From assembly GCA_963783695.1 (NCBI GenBank), contig CAWAOM010000001.1:481938-545937 (forward strand): 64,000 bases of DNA, written 5' to 3'. Made by a program: the position numbers and the translations under genes. The stretch's first letter is position 1, and each line of letters starts with the position of its first letter. Below, one piece after another: positions 25,847 through 36,588 of the stretch. Source of the DNA: an uncultured Gammaproteobacteria bacterium (GTDB taxonomy: Bacteria > Pseudomonadota > Gammaproteobacteria > Steroidobacterales > BM003). Under the pieces are notes generated by a model, which was not told the DNA's origin, searched no databases, and saw only the letters and a list, made by a program, of their open reading frames with translations.

Positions 25847-26626
25847 ATGAGACAAATAGAGAAGTTACTTGAGATAATGGCCCGGCTTCGCGACCCGGTT
25901 GATGGCTGTCCGTGGGACCTTGAGCAGAATTTCGCCAGCATCGCGCCCTACACGATAGAAGAAGCATACGAGGTGGCGGATGCCATTGATCGCGGTGATA
26001 CCGCGGCGCTGCGTGACGAGTTGGGCGATCTGCTGTTGCAGGTCGTCTACCACGCGCAGATGGCCCGGGAGGAAGGTAGTTTCGACTTCGATGACGTCGT
26101 CGTTGCGATCTGCGAAAAGATGGTCAGGCGTCACCCGCACGTTTTTGCCGACGCGGATATCGGCGATGCTCGGGCGCAGACCCGGGCGTGGGAGGAACAC
26201 AAACAGTCAGAACGCCGGGAACGCGCTGAACATGGCGTGCTTGCCGGCGTGCCACTGGCTATGCCAGCTCTGGCTCGGGCCGCAAAGCTTGGCAAGCGAG
26301 CCTCTCGTGTCGGGTTCGACTGGCCCGATGTCGCGGGCGTAGTAGCAAAAATCAGGGAAGAAGTAGGTGAACTGGAACAGGAACTCGCAGAGATGAGCCC
26401 CACCCGCCTGAGCGATGAAGTCGGTGACCTGCTTTTCGCGACGGTCAATCTGGCGCGGCATCTGCGGGTGGATCCGGAAGAGGCTTTACGCCGTTCCAAC
26501 CAGCGTTTCGAAAAGCGTTTCAATTATGTCGAATCAAGCCTGAGCGCAAGCGGCGAGGCGATCGAAGAAACGGCTCTCGATAAACTCGAGGCGCTTTGGT
26601 CCGAGGCTAAATCCAGCGGACTCTGA
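25847..26626 (+). CDS. mazG: Nucleoside triphosphate pyrophosphohydrolase
   Basis: DGCPWDLEQNFASIAPYTIEEAYEVADAI and a second EExGDLLF-type repeat (EVGDLLFATVNLARH). The ATG lies 5 nt after the previous stop. Confidence 0.92.
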   Translation: MRQIEKLLEIMARLRDPVDGCPWDLEQNFASIAPYTIEEAYEVADAIDRGDTAALRDELGDLLLQVVYHAQMAREEGSFDFDDVVVAICEKMVRRHPHVFADADIGDARAQTRAWEEHKQSERRERAEHGVLAGVPLAMPALARAAKLGKRASRVGFDWPDVAGVVAKIREEVGELEQELAEMSPTRLSDEVGDLLFATVNLARHLRVDPEEALRRSNQRFEKRFNYVESSLSASGEAIEETALDKLEALWSEAKSSGL

Positions 26627-26726
26627 CTTTTTTTAGCGGTTCAGTTCGCGTTCAGTGTCGGACGCTTAGTCTGGTGTCAAGCCGGAATAACCGGCGGGCA
26701 AAAGCCAGGCTAAAGGAGGCACTATC

Positions 26727-27293
26727 ATGATTCGCAAATTGACCACTGTTGCATTGGGGGCGCTTGTTTTGACCGCGAGTGCAGCAGCGCAGGCGGACAA
26801 TCGCGGAAACCGTGGCAATCACGATTACGACTTTGCCCGGGTGACCGACGTAGTCCCGATCGTTTCCTACGTCGAGGTGCGGCGACCGCACCGGGAATGC
26901 TGGGATGACGTCGTTTACTACGAGGAACCGCGTCGCCGCAGTACCGCGGGTTCGACCCTTGTCGGCGGCATCGTCGGGGGGGTAATCGGGCGCCAGTTCG
27001 GCGATGGACGCGGCCGTGACGCGATGACGGTGGTCGGGACGCTGGTCGGCTCCGCAATAGGCCACGATGCTGCCGTAAAGCGCCAGCGCCGTGACGGTTA
27101 CGAGCTGCGTTCGCGCACCGTGGAGCGCTGCCAGACCAGCTACACGCTCGACCGCGAGGAGCGTATAGACGGCTATAACGTCACCTATCGCTACCATGGC
27201 CGCAGCTTCACGACCCGCACGGACAGCCATCCTGGCGAGCGTATCCGGGTGCGTGTATCGGTGACGCCGCTGGCGGGTCGGCGTGAAGCTTGA
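26727..27293 (+). CDS. Glycine-zipper (17-kDa antigen-like) secreted/outer-membrane protein
   Basis: Signal peptide MIRKLTTVALGALVLTASAAAQA and glycine zipper GGIVGGVIGRQFG...VVGTLVGSAIG. Confidence 0.7.
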   Translation: MIRKLTTVALGALVLTASAAAQADNRGNRGNHDYDFARVTDVVPIVSYVEVRRPHRECWDDVVYYEEPRRRSTAGSTLVGGIVGGVIGRQFGDGRGRDAMTVVGTLVGSAIGHDAAVKRQRRDGYELRSRTVERCQTSYTLDREERIDGYNVTYRYHGRSFTTRTDSHPGERIRVRVSVTPLAGRREA

Positions 27294-27364
27294 TGCAACG
27301 GCCGGCAGGCGGGGAAACGGTGCGTGCATTGCGTCCGAACCGGGCTCGGGCGAGAATCTGAATC

Positions 27365-27688
27365 GTGAATACACGACTGCCCATGAAATTACTCATTCCC
27401 TGCCTGCTGGTTGCCGGCTTTATTGCGGCCGATGCGGCCGCGCTGACTCGTGCCGCGCAATCTGCGCCGGTTTCGCTGGCCGATCTGTCCGCTGCAGCGC
27501 GAACCCTGAAAGACGGCGTTTCGCTTGACGAGGCCGTGTCGATGGTGCGCAAACGCTATGGCGGCCGCGTGATCAATGCCAGGACCAGCAACGACAACGG
27601 GCGCAAAGTCCATGTCATCAAGATCCTGAGCGATGAGGGACGGGTGCGCGAAGTCCGGGTCGACGCGAATAGCGGCAACCTGATGTAG
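27365..27688 (+). CDS. PepSY domain-containing protein
   Basis: Signal sequence plus C-terminal ...GGRVINARTSNDNGRKVHVIKILSDEGRVREVRVDANSG, a PepSY-like fold pattern. Positioned directly before a two-component system. Alternative ATG at 27383. Confidence 0.7.
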   Translation: MNTRLPMKLLIPCLLVAGFIAADAAALTRAAQSAPVSLADLSAAARTLKDGVSLDEAVSMVRKRYGGRVINARTSNDNGRKVHVIKILSDEGRVREVRVDANSGNLM

Positions 27689-27699
27689 GGGAAACAGCC

Positions 27700-28380
27700 A
27701 TGAGATTGCTGGTTGTCGAAGACGAACAGGCTTTGCGCTCGATGCTCGTCGCGCAGTTTGCCGAGCAGGGGTTTGTCGTTGACGCCGCTGCTGACGGCGT
27801 CGAAGGGCTCTATTTCGCTACGGAATATCCAATCGATCTGGCCATCGTCGACCTCGGCTTGCCCGAGCTGCCGGGCATGGAGCTTATCCGGCGCATGCGC
27901 GAGGCCGGCAAGACCTGTCCGGTGTTGATCCTGACCGCGCGCGGACAATGGCAGGAAAAGGTCGAGGGGCTCCAGGCCGGAGCCGATGACTACGTAGTCA
28001 AGCCGTTTCATTTCGAGGAAGTGCTGGCACGGGTCCAGGCGTTGCTGCGCCGCTCCGGCGGCTGGGCCGATGCGGTCCTGCGCTCCGGCCCGGTCAGCCT
28101 CGATACGCGCAGCCAGCAGGTGAGCGTTGGCGACGAAGATGTCGATCTGACCAGTTTCGAATACCGCATGCTTGAATGTCTGATGCTGAGCGCCGGCAAG
28201 GTAATGTCCAAGGCCGAGCTGACCGACCGGCTCTACAACCAGGACTTCGAGCGTGACAGCAACACCATTGAGGTTTTTATTCGGCGCCTGCGCAAGAAGC
28301 TCGATCCGGACAGCATGCTGCAACCCATCGAAACACTGCGCGGCCGCGGTTATCGCTGGAATCTCGAAAAGGGTGCCTGA
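27700..28380 (+). CDS. OmpR/PhoP-family response regulator
   Basis: Receiver domain (MRLLVVEDE...DLAIVDLGLP...ILTAR...K) plus a winged-helix C-terminus (EYRMLECLM...TIEVFIRRLRKKL...LQPIETLRGRGYRW). Confidence 0.92.
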   Translation: MRLLVVEDEQALRSMLVAQFAEQGFVVDAAADGVEGLYFATEYPIDLAIVDLGLPELPGMELIRRMREAGKTCPVLILTARGQWQEKVEGLQAGADDYVVKPFHFEEVLARVQALLRRSGGWADAVLRSGPVSLDTRSQQVSVGDEDVDLTSFEYRMLECLMLSAGKVMSKAELTDRLYNQDFERDSNTIEVFIRRLRKKLDPDSMLQPIETLRGRGYRWNLEKGA

Positions 28381-28391
28381 TCGGCGCAGCC

Positions 28392-29756
28392 ATGTACTCT
28401 CTCAATAATCGCCTCCTGACGGCGGCGAGCGTGCTGCTGCTGGTGTTTTTTGCTCTGACGGTGCTGGCGCTGGATGCCGCATTCAAAGACACCGGGTTGC
28501 GCGGCATGGAAGACGTGCTCGATGCCCGCATCATTACTCTGCTGGCCGTGGCCGAGCCGGGGCCCGCCAATTCACTGCTGATCCCGCCGGACCTGCCCGA
28601 AGCGCGCCTTGCGCATCCGGGGTCTGGGCTGTTTGCGCGGCTGACCGACGGCTCGGGCAACGAACTCTGGCGCTCGCCTTCGTCGCTGGGATCGGCTGTC
28701 GATTACGGTCCGGTGCCCGCGGTTGGTGAGCACTACACGCAAAAATCCCGCCTCGCGGAGGATGCCAAAGTCCTGACGCACAGTTTTGCGATCGAATGGG
28801 AGTTTGCTGACGGTTCGGTGCGCCCGTTTGTCTTTGGCGTAGCCGAGAGCATGGATAGCTATTTCGCCCAGGTGAGCCGGTTTCGCCAGCAGATGATGGG
28901 CTGGTTCCTGTTGCTATGGGTGCTGATGCTGCTGGCGCTGGCGTTTTTGCTGCGTTGGGGGCTGCGCCCGGTCCGGCGGATTGCCGCGGAGATTGTTGCG
29001 GTCGAGCAGGGCGCGCGCGAGGATCTCGGTACCGGCTATCCGCGCGAACTCGAGGGCGTACGCCGCAATATGAACGGCTTGATTGGCAGTCAGCGCGACC
29101 GGCTGCGGCGCTACCGCGATGCCCTCGGTGATCTCGCACACAGCCTTAAAACCCCTCTCGCGGTGCTGCGCGGTCAGACCGAAAACCCGCGCGATCCCGA
29201 TTTTTCCGTACTGCGCGATCAGGTCACCCGGATGGACGAGATTGTCAGCTATCAGCTCAAGCGTGCCGCGGCCGCCGGGCGTGGCGGGCTGGGCGAGAAA
29301 CCGGTCGATGTCAGTGAGGTGCTCGGCGGGCTGAAAAGTGCGCTCGACAAAGTCTATGCGGACAAGAACATAGCGTTGAAGATATCGCTGGAAGGCGATC
29401 CGCTGTTTTTCGGCGATCGCGGCGATCTCACCGAAATAGCGGGTAATTTGCTGGATAACGCATGCAAGTGGGGTAACGCTGAAGTGCAGATTGCCGTAGC
29501 GTCGCTCGATCCGGCTGAGCGGGGGCGCAATCGCGGCCTGTTGCTACAGATAGACGATGACGGCGCCGGTGTTGCCACGGAGATCGAGGCGCAGATTCTC
29601 GAACGCGGCGGGCGCGCCAGCAGCGATATCGAGGGGCAGGGGATCGGGCTTGCGGTCGTGCGCGAAATCGTCGCAGGTTATCGTGGCACGGTGGAATTTT
29701 CCCGTTCGCCGGCGGGGGGTGCCCGCGTGACCGTAACGCTTCCCGGCGGCGGGTGA
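28392..29756 (+). CDS. PhoQ-like sensor histidine kinase
   Basis: Two TM segments flank a periplasmic domain. H-box LAHSLKTPLAVLRG, N-box NLLDNACKWG, G1 DDDGAGV, G2 GQGIGLAVV. Confidence 0.9.
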   Translation: MYSLNNRLLTAASVLLLVFFALTVLALDAAFKDTGLRGMEDVLDARIITLLAVAEPGPANSLLIPPDLPEARLAHPGSGLFARLTDGSGNELWRSPSSLGSAVDYGPVPAVGEHYTQKSRLAEDAKVLTHSFAIEWEFADGSVRPFVFGVAESMDSYFAQVSRFRQQMMGWFLLLWVLMLLALAFLLRWGLRPVRRIAAEIVAVEQGAREDLGTGYPRELEGVRRNMNGLIGSQRDRLRRYRDALGDLAHSLKTPLAVLRGQTENPRDPDFSVLRDQVTRMDEIVSYQLKRAAAAGRGGLGEKPVDVSEVLGGLKSALDKVYADKNIALKISLEGDPLFFGDRGDLTEIAGNLLDNACKWGNAEVQIAVASLDPAERGRNRGLLLQIDDDGAGVATEIEAQILERGGRASSDIEGQGIGLAVVREIVAGYRGTVEFSRSPAGGARVTVTLPGGG

Positions 29757-32700
29757 CGGGCTTGAAAGACGCGGACCCGTCCAACCCGGCGATCTTGCGA
29801 ATGCCCGGCGACACAGAGCCCGTGCTGATGTGTCGCGATCGGTCCGCGATGATCAGGCTCGAACAGCGCATTGCCAGGCGTGAATCGACGGGCCGTCCAG
29901 TGGGTCGCGAACGCGAAGAACTCCGGCGCCTGGTACAGGCCTCAGCACGCGAAGTTGAAAGGCGTCGCGCATCCGTACCGCAAATCGTCTATCCGCCCGA
30001 ATTGCCTATTGCCGCGCGCCGTGAAGAACTGGCCGAACTGATTGCGGCCAACCAGGTCGTGATCGTTTGTGGTGAAACCGGCTCGGGCAAAAGCACTCAG
30101 TTGCCGAAATTGTGTCTCGAACTCGGGCTGGGGTTGAGCGGAATGATCGGCCACACGCAGCCGCGGCGGATAGCGGCGCGCGCGGTGGCGGCCCGGGTTG
30201 CTGAGGAAACCGGGTTGACGCTTGGCAAGGGTGTCGGCTTCAAGTTGCGATTCAGCGACCAGACAGATTCATCGACTCTGATCAAAGTCATGACCGACGG
30301 TATTCTGCTTGCCGAAATGCAGCGTCAACGCCTGTTCGAAAGTTATGCCACGTTGATCATCGACGAAGCGCACGAACGCAGTCTCAACATCGATTTCCTC
30401 CTCGGCTATCTGCGCAGGATTCTTCCGCGACGGCCCGATCTGAAGCTGATCATCACGTCTGCGACGATCGATATCGACAAATTCTCGCGCCATTTCGACA
30501 CCGCCCCGGTAATCGAAATCAGCGGCCGCAGCTACCCGGTTGAGATCCGTTATCGCGACGCGAGTCAGGATGGCGACAACGCGGATCTTTCCGACAGGGT
30601 CGTCGCGGCACTGACCGGGTTGGCGCGAGACGATGCGCTGGTGTTCCTGCCGGGCGAACGCGATATCCGCGACACGGCCGATAAGCTTCGCCGCGCGGGG
30701 GAGGACGATAGCGAAATTTTGCCGTTGTTTGCACGATTGTCGGCAGCGGAGCAGGCGCGGGTGTTCAGGGCGGGGTCTGCCAGGCGTATTGTGCTGGCGA
30801 CCAACGTGGCAGAGACGTCACTGACGGTGCCGGGAATACGCTATGTCATCGATAGCGGGCTGGCACGCCACAGCCGCTATAGCTATCGCAGCAAGATCCA
30901 GCGTTTGCCCGTCGAGCCAATCTCACAGTCCAGCGCCGCGCAGCGAGCCGGACGATGCGGCCGGGTCCGGGCCGGGATCTGTGTCCGCCTTTACAGCGAG
31001 GACGACTTCCGGCAACGGCCCGAATTCACCGATGCGGAAATCCTGCGCACCAACCTTGCCTCGGTAATACTAAGGATGGCCGATCTCGGTCTTGGCCAAA
31101 TTGACGATTTTCCGTTCATTGATGCGCCGGATGCGCGGTTTGTTCGCGACGGTTACCGCCTGCTGCGCGAATTGCAGGCGGTCGATGCGAGCGGGAAAAT
31201 TACCCGACTCGGTCGCAAGCTCGCCAGATTCCCGGTCGATCCGATGCTGGCGCGAATCATTCTCGCCGGTGCGAGTGGCGATGCATTGCGCGAGGTACTG
31301 GCGATTGTAGCGGCACTGTCGATACGGGATCCGCGCGAGCGCCCCACGGAAAGGGCGCAGGAGGCTGATCGCCGCCATGCTGAGTTTGACGATCCACGCT
31401 CGGATTTCGTGGGCCTGCTGAGCCTGTGGCGCGAATGGGGCCGGGTTCGTAAAGAGTGCTCCTCCAGCCAGCAACGGAAGTGGTGCCGGGAGCGTTTTAT
31501 TTCTTTTCTGCGGATGCGTGAATGGGTGGACATTCATCAGCAATTGCGGGTCCAGGCGCGCGACCTCGGCCTGGCGATTAACGACCAGCCGGCCTCTTAC
31601 GAGAAAATTCACACGGCCCTTCTGACCGGTTTCGTCGGACATATCGGCAAACTCGACGAGGACAGAGTTTACAGCGGCCCAAGATCGAGTCGGTTTCGGA
31701 TCTTCCCCGGTTCAGCGCTTGCCGCGCGGCCGCCGCAGTGGGTAATGGCGGCAAGTCTCGTGGAGACCACGCGGGTCTATGCTCGCGCCGTCGCCAGCAT
31801 CGCCCCGGAGTGGATTGAGCGCGCTGCTGCGCATCTTGTGACCCGCTCCCACAGCGAGCCACACTGGCAGCCCCGTGCCGGGCGTGTCGTCGCCACCGAG
31901 ACCGTGACCCTGTACGGTCTGGTCCTGGTATCGGGACGGCGTGTGGCGTTCGGCAGGATCGACCAGCCGCGCGCCAGAGGTATGTTCATCGACGCGGCGC
32001 TGGTCAGGAGTGACTCTGCGTTAAGAGAAGATTTTCTCGAAACGAATCGGGCTCTGGTCGAGCGCATCGCCGATATCGAGGCGCGCGAACGCGGCGGCCG
32101 TCACCTGATCAACGACGACAAGATCGCGGCGTTCTTTGATCAGCGAATCCCGCCGGATGTCGTCGATGTCGCCGGCTTTCGCCGTTGGTGGAAAACGGCG
32201 CGAACCGAAAACCCGCGGTTGCTGGATCTGAGCGAGGCCGATGTGGTCGACGATACCGCGGCCCTGCAATACGACCACAATCTGTTTCCGGCGGTCATCG
32301 AACTGGGCGGCGCGACGATTCCCGTCACCTACCGCTTCGAGCCGGGCAGCGACAGCGACGGGCCGGTCCTGCACGTTCCTCTGCCAGCATTGGCGCAGAT
32401 AAACGAAATTGAAATGGCGTGGCTGGTGCCAGGTATGTTGCGCGAGAAAATCATCGCCTGGCTCCGCGGCTTGCCGAAACGGCTGCGGCGAAACTTCGTT
32501 CCGGTCCCCGATTTTGCCGATGCCTGCCTGCCACGGCTCGTTACCCGCGACGGCGATCTTCGTCAGGCATTGTGCGGTGAGCTCGAGCGCATGACCGGCG
32601 TAGTACTTGACCCCGCCGGTTTTGACGAAGCGACCTTGCCGCAGCACCTGCGATTCTATTTGCAGGTCGAGGACGAAAAGGGCCTGGTGGTGGCAGGCGG

Positions 32701-33700
32701 GCGCGACCTCGCGGCTCTGAGGTCGCAGCTCAATGATCTCCCGCGCACGGTTTCCGCGACGGACGATGCTGTGGGGTGGCAACGCAGCGGGGTGACGCAG
32801 TGGGACTTCGGTGAGATTCCGGAGCATGTGGCGGTACGCCACGGCGCCCATGACCTGCGTCTGTTTCCAGCGCTGCGCGACTGCGGTGAAAGCGTCGAAT
32901 TGTGTCTCGAGGAGTCGGCCGATGCGGCACGGCGAGTCAGTCATGACGGCGTGCTGCGCTTGCTGGTGCTGAAAATGGGGCGCGAATACCGCCAGCTCAG
33001 AAAGGAGTTCATCGGCGACCGTGCTTTGCAACTCGGCTGTCTCGCGTTGAAATCGCCGCTGCCGATGGATCAGGCGTTTGCCGAGCGGGTGTTCGAAATC
33101 GTGTTTCTGCCCGGGGATCTTCCCGCTGTTCGCGACGCTGAGGATTTCGATGCGCGGATTCGCCTCGGCCGCGGCAATGTGTTTCCGCTAGGACTGGAAT
33201 TGCGGCATGCGCTGTCAGCCGCGATGACCGGGATGCAGCAGGTCAGAAGCAGGCTCGACCTGCTCGCCGAGCGTGGCTTTGCAGATACGGTTGACGACGT
33301 TCGCAACCAGATGGAGACGCTTTTTGCGGCGGGCTTCCTGCGCGCGGTGTCGTTGCGCCGTCTCGGTTACTACGACCGCTACATCGGGGCGGTGCTGTGG
33401 CGCCTGGAGAAACTGGAAGAAGACCCGCGCCGCGACTATCGTCGGCTGGATGAGATTCGGCCCTTTCAGAGCGCGCTGGAGGACTTGCTCGCCCTGGATG
33501 AGCCTTTCCGCACGCTGGATGCGGTTGGCGCCTACGCATGGCTGCTGCAGGAATACCGGGTATCGGTGTTTGCTCAGCATCTCGGCACGGCACAGCCGGC
33601 GTCGGCCAAACGTCTGCGCCGCCAGTGGCGCGAGGTCAGAACGGCGCTCGCCGCAGCCGGAGCGGACACTGCGCGGCTGGACTCACTCACACCTCCCTGA
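29753..33700 (+). CDS. hrpA: ATP-dependent RNA helicase HrpA (DEAH-box)
   Basis: [48 protein letters not shown], and the long HrpA-specific C-terminal region. GTG at 29753 overlaps the kinase stop (GTGA). Alternative ATG at 29801. Confidence 0.95.
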   Translation: MTGLKDADPSNPAILRMPGDTEPVLMCRDRSAMIRLEQRIARRESTGRPVGREREELRRLVQASAREVERRRASVPQIVYPPELPIAARREELAELIAANQVVIVCGETGSGKSTQLPKLCLELGLGLSGMIGHTQPRRIAARAVAARVAEETGLTLGKGVGFKLRFSDQTDSSTLIKVMTDGILLAEMQRQRLFESYATLIIDEAHERSLNIDFLLGYLRRILPRRPDLKLIITSATIDIDKFSRHFDTAPVIEISGRSYPVEIRYRDASQDGDNADLSDRVVAALTGLARDDALVFLPGERDIRDTADKLRRAGEDDSEILPLFARLSAAEQARVFRAGSARRIVLATNVAETSLTVPGIRYVIDSGLARHSRYSYRSKIQRLPVEPISQSSAAQRAGRCGRVRAGICVRLYSEDDFRQRPEFTDAEILRTNLASVILRMADLGLGQIDDFPFIDAPDARFVRDGYRLLRELQAVDASGKITRLGRKLARFPVDPMLARIILAGASGDALREVLAIVAALSIRDPRERPTERAQEADRRHAEFDDPRSDFVGLLSLWREWGRVRKECSSSQQRKWCRERFISFLRMREWVDIHQQLRVQARDLGLAINDQPASYEKIHTALLTGFVGHIGKLDEDRVYSGPRSSRFRIFPGSALAARPPQWVMAASLVETTRVYARAVASIAPEWIERAAAHLVTRSHSEPHWQPRAGRVVATETVTLYGLVLVSGRRVAFGRIDQPRARGMFIDAALVRSDSALREDFLETNRALVERIADIEARERGGRHLINDDKIAAFFDQRIPPDVVDVAGFRRWWKTARTENPRLLDLSEADVVDDTAALQYDHNLFPAVIELGGATIPVTYRFEPGSDSDGPVLHVPLPALAQINEIEMAWLVPGMLREKIIAWLRGLPKRLRRNFVPVPDFADACLPRLVTRDGDLRQALCGELERMTGVVLDPAGFDEATLPQHLRFYLQVEDEKGLVVAGGRDLAALRSQLNDLPRTVSATDDAVGWQRSGVTQWDFGEIPEHVAVRHGAHDLRLFPALRDCGESVELCLEESADAARRVSHDGVLRLLVLKMGREYRQLRKEFIGDRALQLGCLALKSPLPMDQAFAERVFEIVFLPGDLPAVRDAEDFDARIRLGRGNVFPLGLELRHALSAAMTGMQQVRSRLDLLAERGFADTVDDVRNQMETLFAAGFLRAVSLRRLGYYDRYIGAVLWRLEKLEEDPRRDYRRLDEIRPFQSALEDLLALDEPFRTLDAVGAYAWLLQEYRVSVFAQHLGTAQPASAKRLRRQWREVRTALAAAGADTARLDSLTPP

Positions 33701-34486
33701 TGTCGGGGTCGGGGTCGGGGTCGGCGCAGCAGTCGCTGCGATGCCGGGTTTGGCGATCATCGGGCTGATCACATCCATTGGCAACGGAAAGACGATCGTG
33801 GAACTCTTGTCGCCGGCAATTTCCGTCAGTGTCTGCAGGTAACGCAGCTGCAATGCTTTCGGATCCACCGCCAGTTTTTGCGCCGCTTTGACCAGCGCCG
33901 CTGCTGCCTGCTCTTCGCCTTCGGCATGGATTATCTTGGCGCGCCGGGTGCGTTCGGCCTCGGCCTGCTTGGCTATCGCGCGAATCATGCTTTCGTCGAG
34001 ATCCACATGCTTGATCTCGACGTTCGACACTTTAATGCCCCAGGCATCGGTGCTCTGGTCGAGTATCTTCTGGACGTCGGAATTGAGCCGCTCGCGTTGT
34101 GACAACATCTCGTCGAGTTCGTGCTGGCCCAGCACCGAGCGCAGTGTCGTTTGCGCGAGCTGGCTGGTCGCCTCGAGAAAATTCTCGACCTGGATAATCG
34201 CCTTTTCCGGATCCACCACGCGGAAATATACGACTGCGTTGACCTTGACCGACACGTTATCGCGGGAAATGACATCCTGGGTCGGGACATCCATCACGAC
34301 CACGCGCAGATCGACCTTGGTCATGGTCTGCAGGACCGGGATGACCAGGATCAGCCCGGGGCCTTTTACCTTGTAGAATCGACCGAGCTGGAAGATGACA
34401 CCGCGTTCGTATTCCTTGAGGATCTTGATCGCGCTGAACAGCACGCCAAGCACCAGCACAACAGCAACAATTCCAAAATCGAACAT
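33683..34486 (-). CDS. SPFH/band-7 (stomatin-like, slipin) protein
   Basis: N-terminal TM then [17 protein letters not shown]... stomatin core and a coiled-coil [14 protein letters not shown]. (PT)n tail. The 3' end overlaps the hrpA 3' end by 18 bp. Confidence 0.9.
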   Translation of the reverse strand: MFDFGIVAVVLVLGVLFSAIKILKEYERGVIFQLGRFYKVKGPGLILVIPVLQTMTKVDLRVVVMDVPTQDVISRDNVSVKVNAVVYFRVVDPEKAIIQVENFLEATSQLAQTTLRSVLGQHELDEMLSQRERLNSDVQKILDQSTDAWGIKVSNVEIKHVDLDESMIRAIAKQAEAERTRRAKIIHAEGEEQAAAALVKAAQKLAVDPKALQLRYLQTLTEIAGDKSSTIVFPLPMDVISPMIAKPGIAATAAPTPTPTPTSGRCE

Positions 34487-34492
34487 AATGAT

Positions 34493-35845
34493 TCAGTCCT
34501 TTTCGTTGTAACGCTCGACGACGAGTGTCAGCCCATCCATATCCATCACCCGCACTTTGTCACCCGCCTGCAACGGACTTGCGGCGCGTGCGTTCCACAG
34601 CTCGCTATGCACCCACACCGAGCCGGTATCAGCAATGTCTGTGCGCGCCTCGCCAATGCCGCCGATCATCTCTTCGCGCCCGGTAACGACAGGCGCGCGG
34701 CGTGCCTTGACCGCCACGGCGAGTATTGCAAATACAAGCAGTCCGCCGGCCAGCGCCATCGAGAAAATAAGGCTCAGGGAGATCGAGAAACCGGGTACGT
34801 CGGTATCGATCAGGATAACCGAGCCGATCACGAACGCGATTACGCCACCAATGCCGAGCGCTCCGAAACTCGGCGCAAACAATTCGGCCACCATCAAAAC
34901 GACACCGAGTGCGATCAGCGCGAGTCCGGCATAGTTGACCGGTAACAGCTGCAGCGCGTAGGCGGCGACGAGCAGACAGATGGCGCCGACGACGCCCGGT
35001 ACGATGGCGCCGGGGTTGTAGCCTTCGAATATCAGGCCGTAGATACCGACGAGGAGCAACAAATAGGCGACGCTCGGGTTGGTGATCACTGACAATAATC
35101 GGGTTCGCCAGTCGGGGAGCTGACGCTCGACGACGAGACCGTCCGTCGCCAGTGTTACCGTGCCAAATTCGGTGGTGACCGTGCGCCCGTCGATGGCTTT
35201 TAGCAAGCCGGGTATATCGTTACTGATTACCTCGATTACGCCCAGTTCGAGCGCGGCCTCGGCTGAAAGGCTCTCACCCTCGCTAACGGCGCTTTCCGCC
35301 CAGTCGGCATTGCGCTCGCGCAGTTCCGCGAGGCTGCGAATGTACGCGATCGCGTCATTGACCGCCTTGCGTTTCTGCGCCGATCCCGGGTCGGGTGCGG
35401 CGTCGCCGTCGGATTCGTCACCTGGTTTGTCTTGCCCGGCGCCCGGTCCGCCGCCGATGGGTACCGGCGTCGCCGCGCCGAGGTTGGTGGCCGGCGCCAT
35501 CGCGGCGATGTGGCTTGCATACAGGATATAGGTGCCTGCGCTTGCCGCCCGCGAGCCGGATGGATAGACGAAGGTGGCGACCGGTACCGGCGATGCCAGT
35601 ATGGCCTTGATGATGTCCCGCATCGATGAGTCGAGACCGCCCGGCGTGTCGAGCACGATAATGACCAGTTCGGCATCGCTCTCGGCGGCTGATTCAATAC
35701 CGCGTCGCAGATAATCGCTGGTGGCGGGACCTATCGCGTCGGCGACTTCCAGCACCACGACCGCGGCACTGCCGTTCGCGCCGTATCCCGGTGCGGCTGC
35801 CGCAGCGAGCAGAAAAAACACGGTGAGTCGAAACAGAAGTCTCAT
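34493..35845 (-). CDS. NfeD-family membrane-bound serine protease (ClpP class)
   Basis: Signal peptide, ClpP-like domain (LDTPGGLDSSMRDI...GSRAASAGTYILYASHIAAMAP), multi-TM region and a C-terminal NfeD OB-fold. Lies upstream of the SPFH gene. ATG at 35845. Confidence 0.88.
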   Translation of the reverse strand: MRLLFRLTVFFLLAAAAAPGYGANGSAAVVVLEVADAIGPATSDYLRRGIESAAESDAELVIIVLDTPGGLDSSMRDIIKAILASPVPVATFVYPSGSRAASAGTYILYASHIAAMAPATNLGAATPVPIGGGPGAGQDKPGDESDGDAAPDPGSAQKRKAVNDAIAYIRSLAELRERNADWAESAVSEGESLSAEAALELGVIEVISNDIPGLLKAIDGRTVTTEFGTVTLATDGLVVERQLPDWRTRLLSVITNPSVAYLLLLVGIYGLIFEGYNPGAIVPGVVGAICLLVAAYALQLLPVNYAGLALIALGVVLMVAELFAPSFGALGIGGVIAFVIGSVILIDTDVPGFSISLSLIFSMALAGGLLVFAILAVAVKARRAPVVTGREEMIGGIGEARTDIADTGSVWVHSELWNARAASPLQAGDKVRVMDMDGLTLVVERYNEKD

Positions 35846-35936
35846 GACAATCGACACGCTGCGACCGGAGTTGTCCATAATATCAGTATTCGCATGGCGA
35901 TCGCCGCCGTGCCGTGTGACAAAAAGGGACGAGGAC

Positions 35937-36425
35937 TTGGACAGACTGCGCATTTTCACCACCGGCGGAACGATCGACAAAGTCTATTTCGATGCCAGGA
36001 GCGAGTTTGAAATCGGTGAACCGACCGTCGAGCATATTCTGCGTGAGGCGCTTTCCAGCCTGGATGTGGTCGTTGAGCCACTGATGCGCAAGGACAGCCT
36101 GGAAATCGATGCGGCCGACCGGGCCACTATTCGCGCCGCGGTTGAACGCTGCGAAGAAGCGCATGTGCTGATTACCCATGGCACCGATACGATGGCGGAA
36201 ACGGCTGTCGAACTGGCTGGCATCCGCGCCAAGACGATTGTCCTGACCGGGGCATTGAGCCCGGCCCGGTTTCGTTCCACCGACGCGGTGTTCAATGTCG
36301 GTCTGGCAATCGGCGCTCTGCACATGGCGGCGCCGGGTGTCTACGTCGCAATCAACGGAGTTGTGTTCGACGGGGCTCGGGTCAGAAAGAACCGCGCGGC
36401 CAATCGGTTTGAGGCCGTAGACTGA
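35937..36425 (+). CDS. Short asparaginase-domain protein (N-terminal domain only)
   Basis: IFTTGGTIDK (asparaginase TGGTI motif) and ITHGTDTMAETA. No in-frame ATG; start is TTG at 35937 (AAGGGA 8 nt upstream) or GTG at 35916. Confidence 0.65.
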   Translation: MDRLRIFTTGGTIDKVYFDARSEFEIGEPTVEHILREALSSLDVVVEPLMRKDSLEIDAADRATIRAAVERCEEAHVLITHGTDTMAETAVELAGIRAKTIVLTGALSPARFRSTDAVFNVGLAIGALHMAAPGVYVAINGVVFDGARVRKNRAANRFEAVD

Positions 36426-36588
36426 CTGGTTCGGATTCGGGCGCACCCGCCCAGAAGTAGGGCAGGCCACGATTTTCCCGGGCATCCGATTGCGGCCGAG
36501 CCGCGAAACCTCCGGAGCAGAGGCGGTCGCCGGAGGCCGTTTGGCAGCCTCTGGAATGGATAATCAACAGAAGATCCGGGGAGTTCCA

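Noticed and set aside
33683-35845. SPFH/NfeD pair as a novel membrane system
   Set aside because: This is the widespread canonical stomatin-NfeD operon (the QmcA/YbbJ type of arrangement), and nothing about it is atypical apart from the PT tail noted separately.
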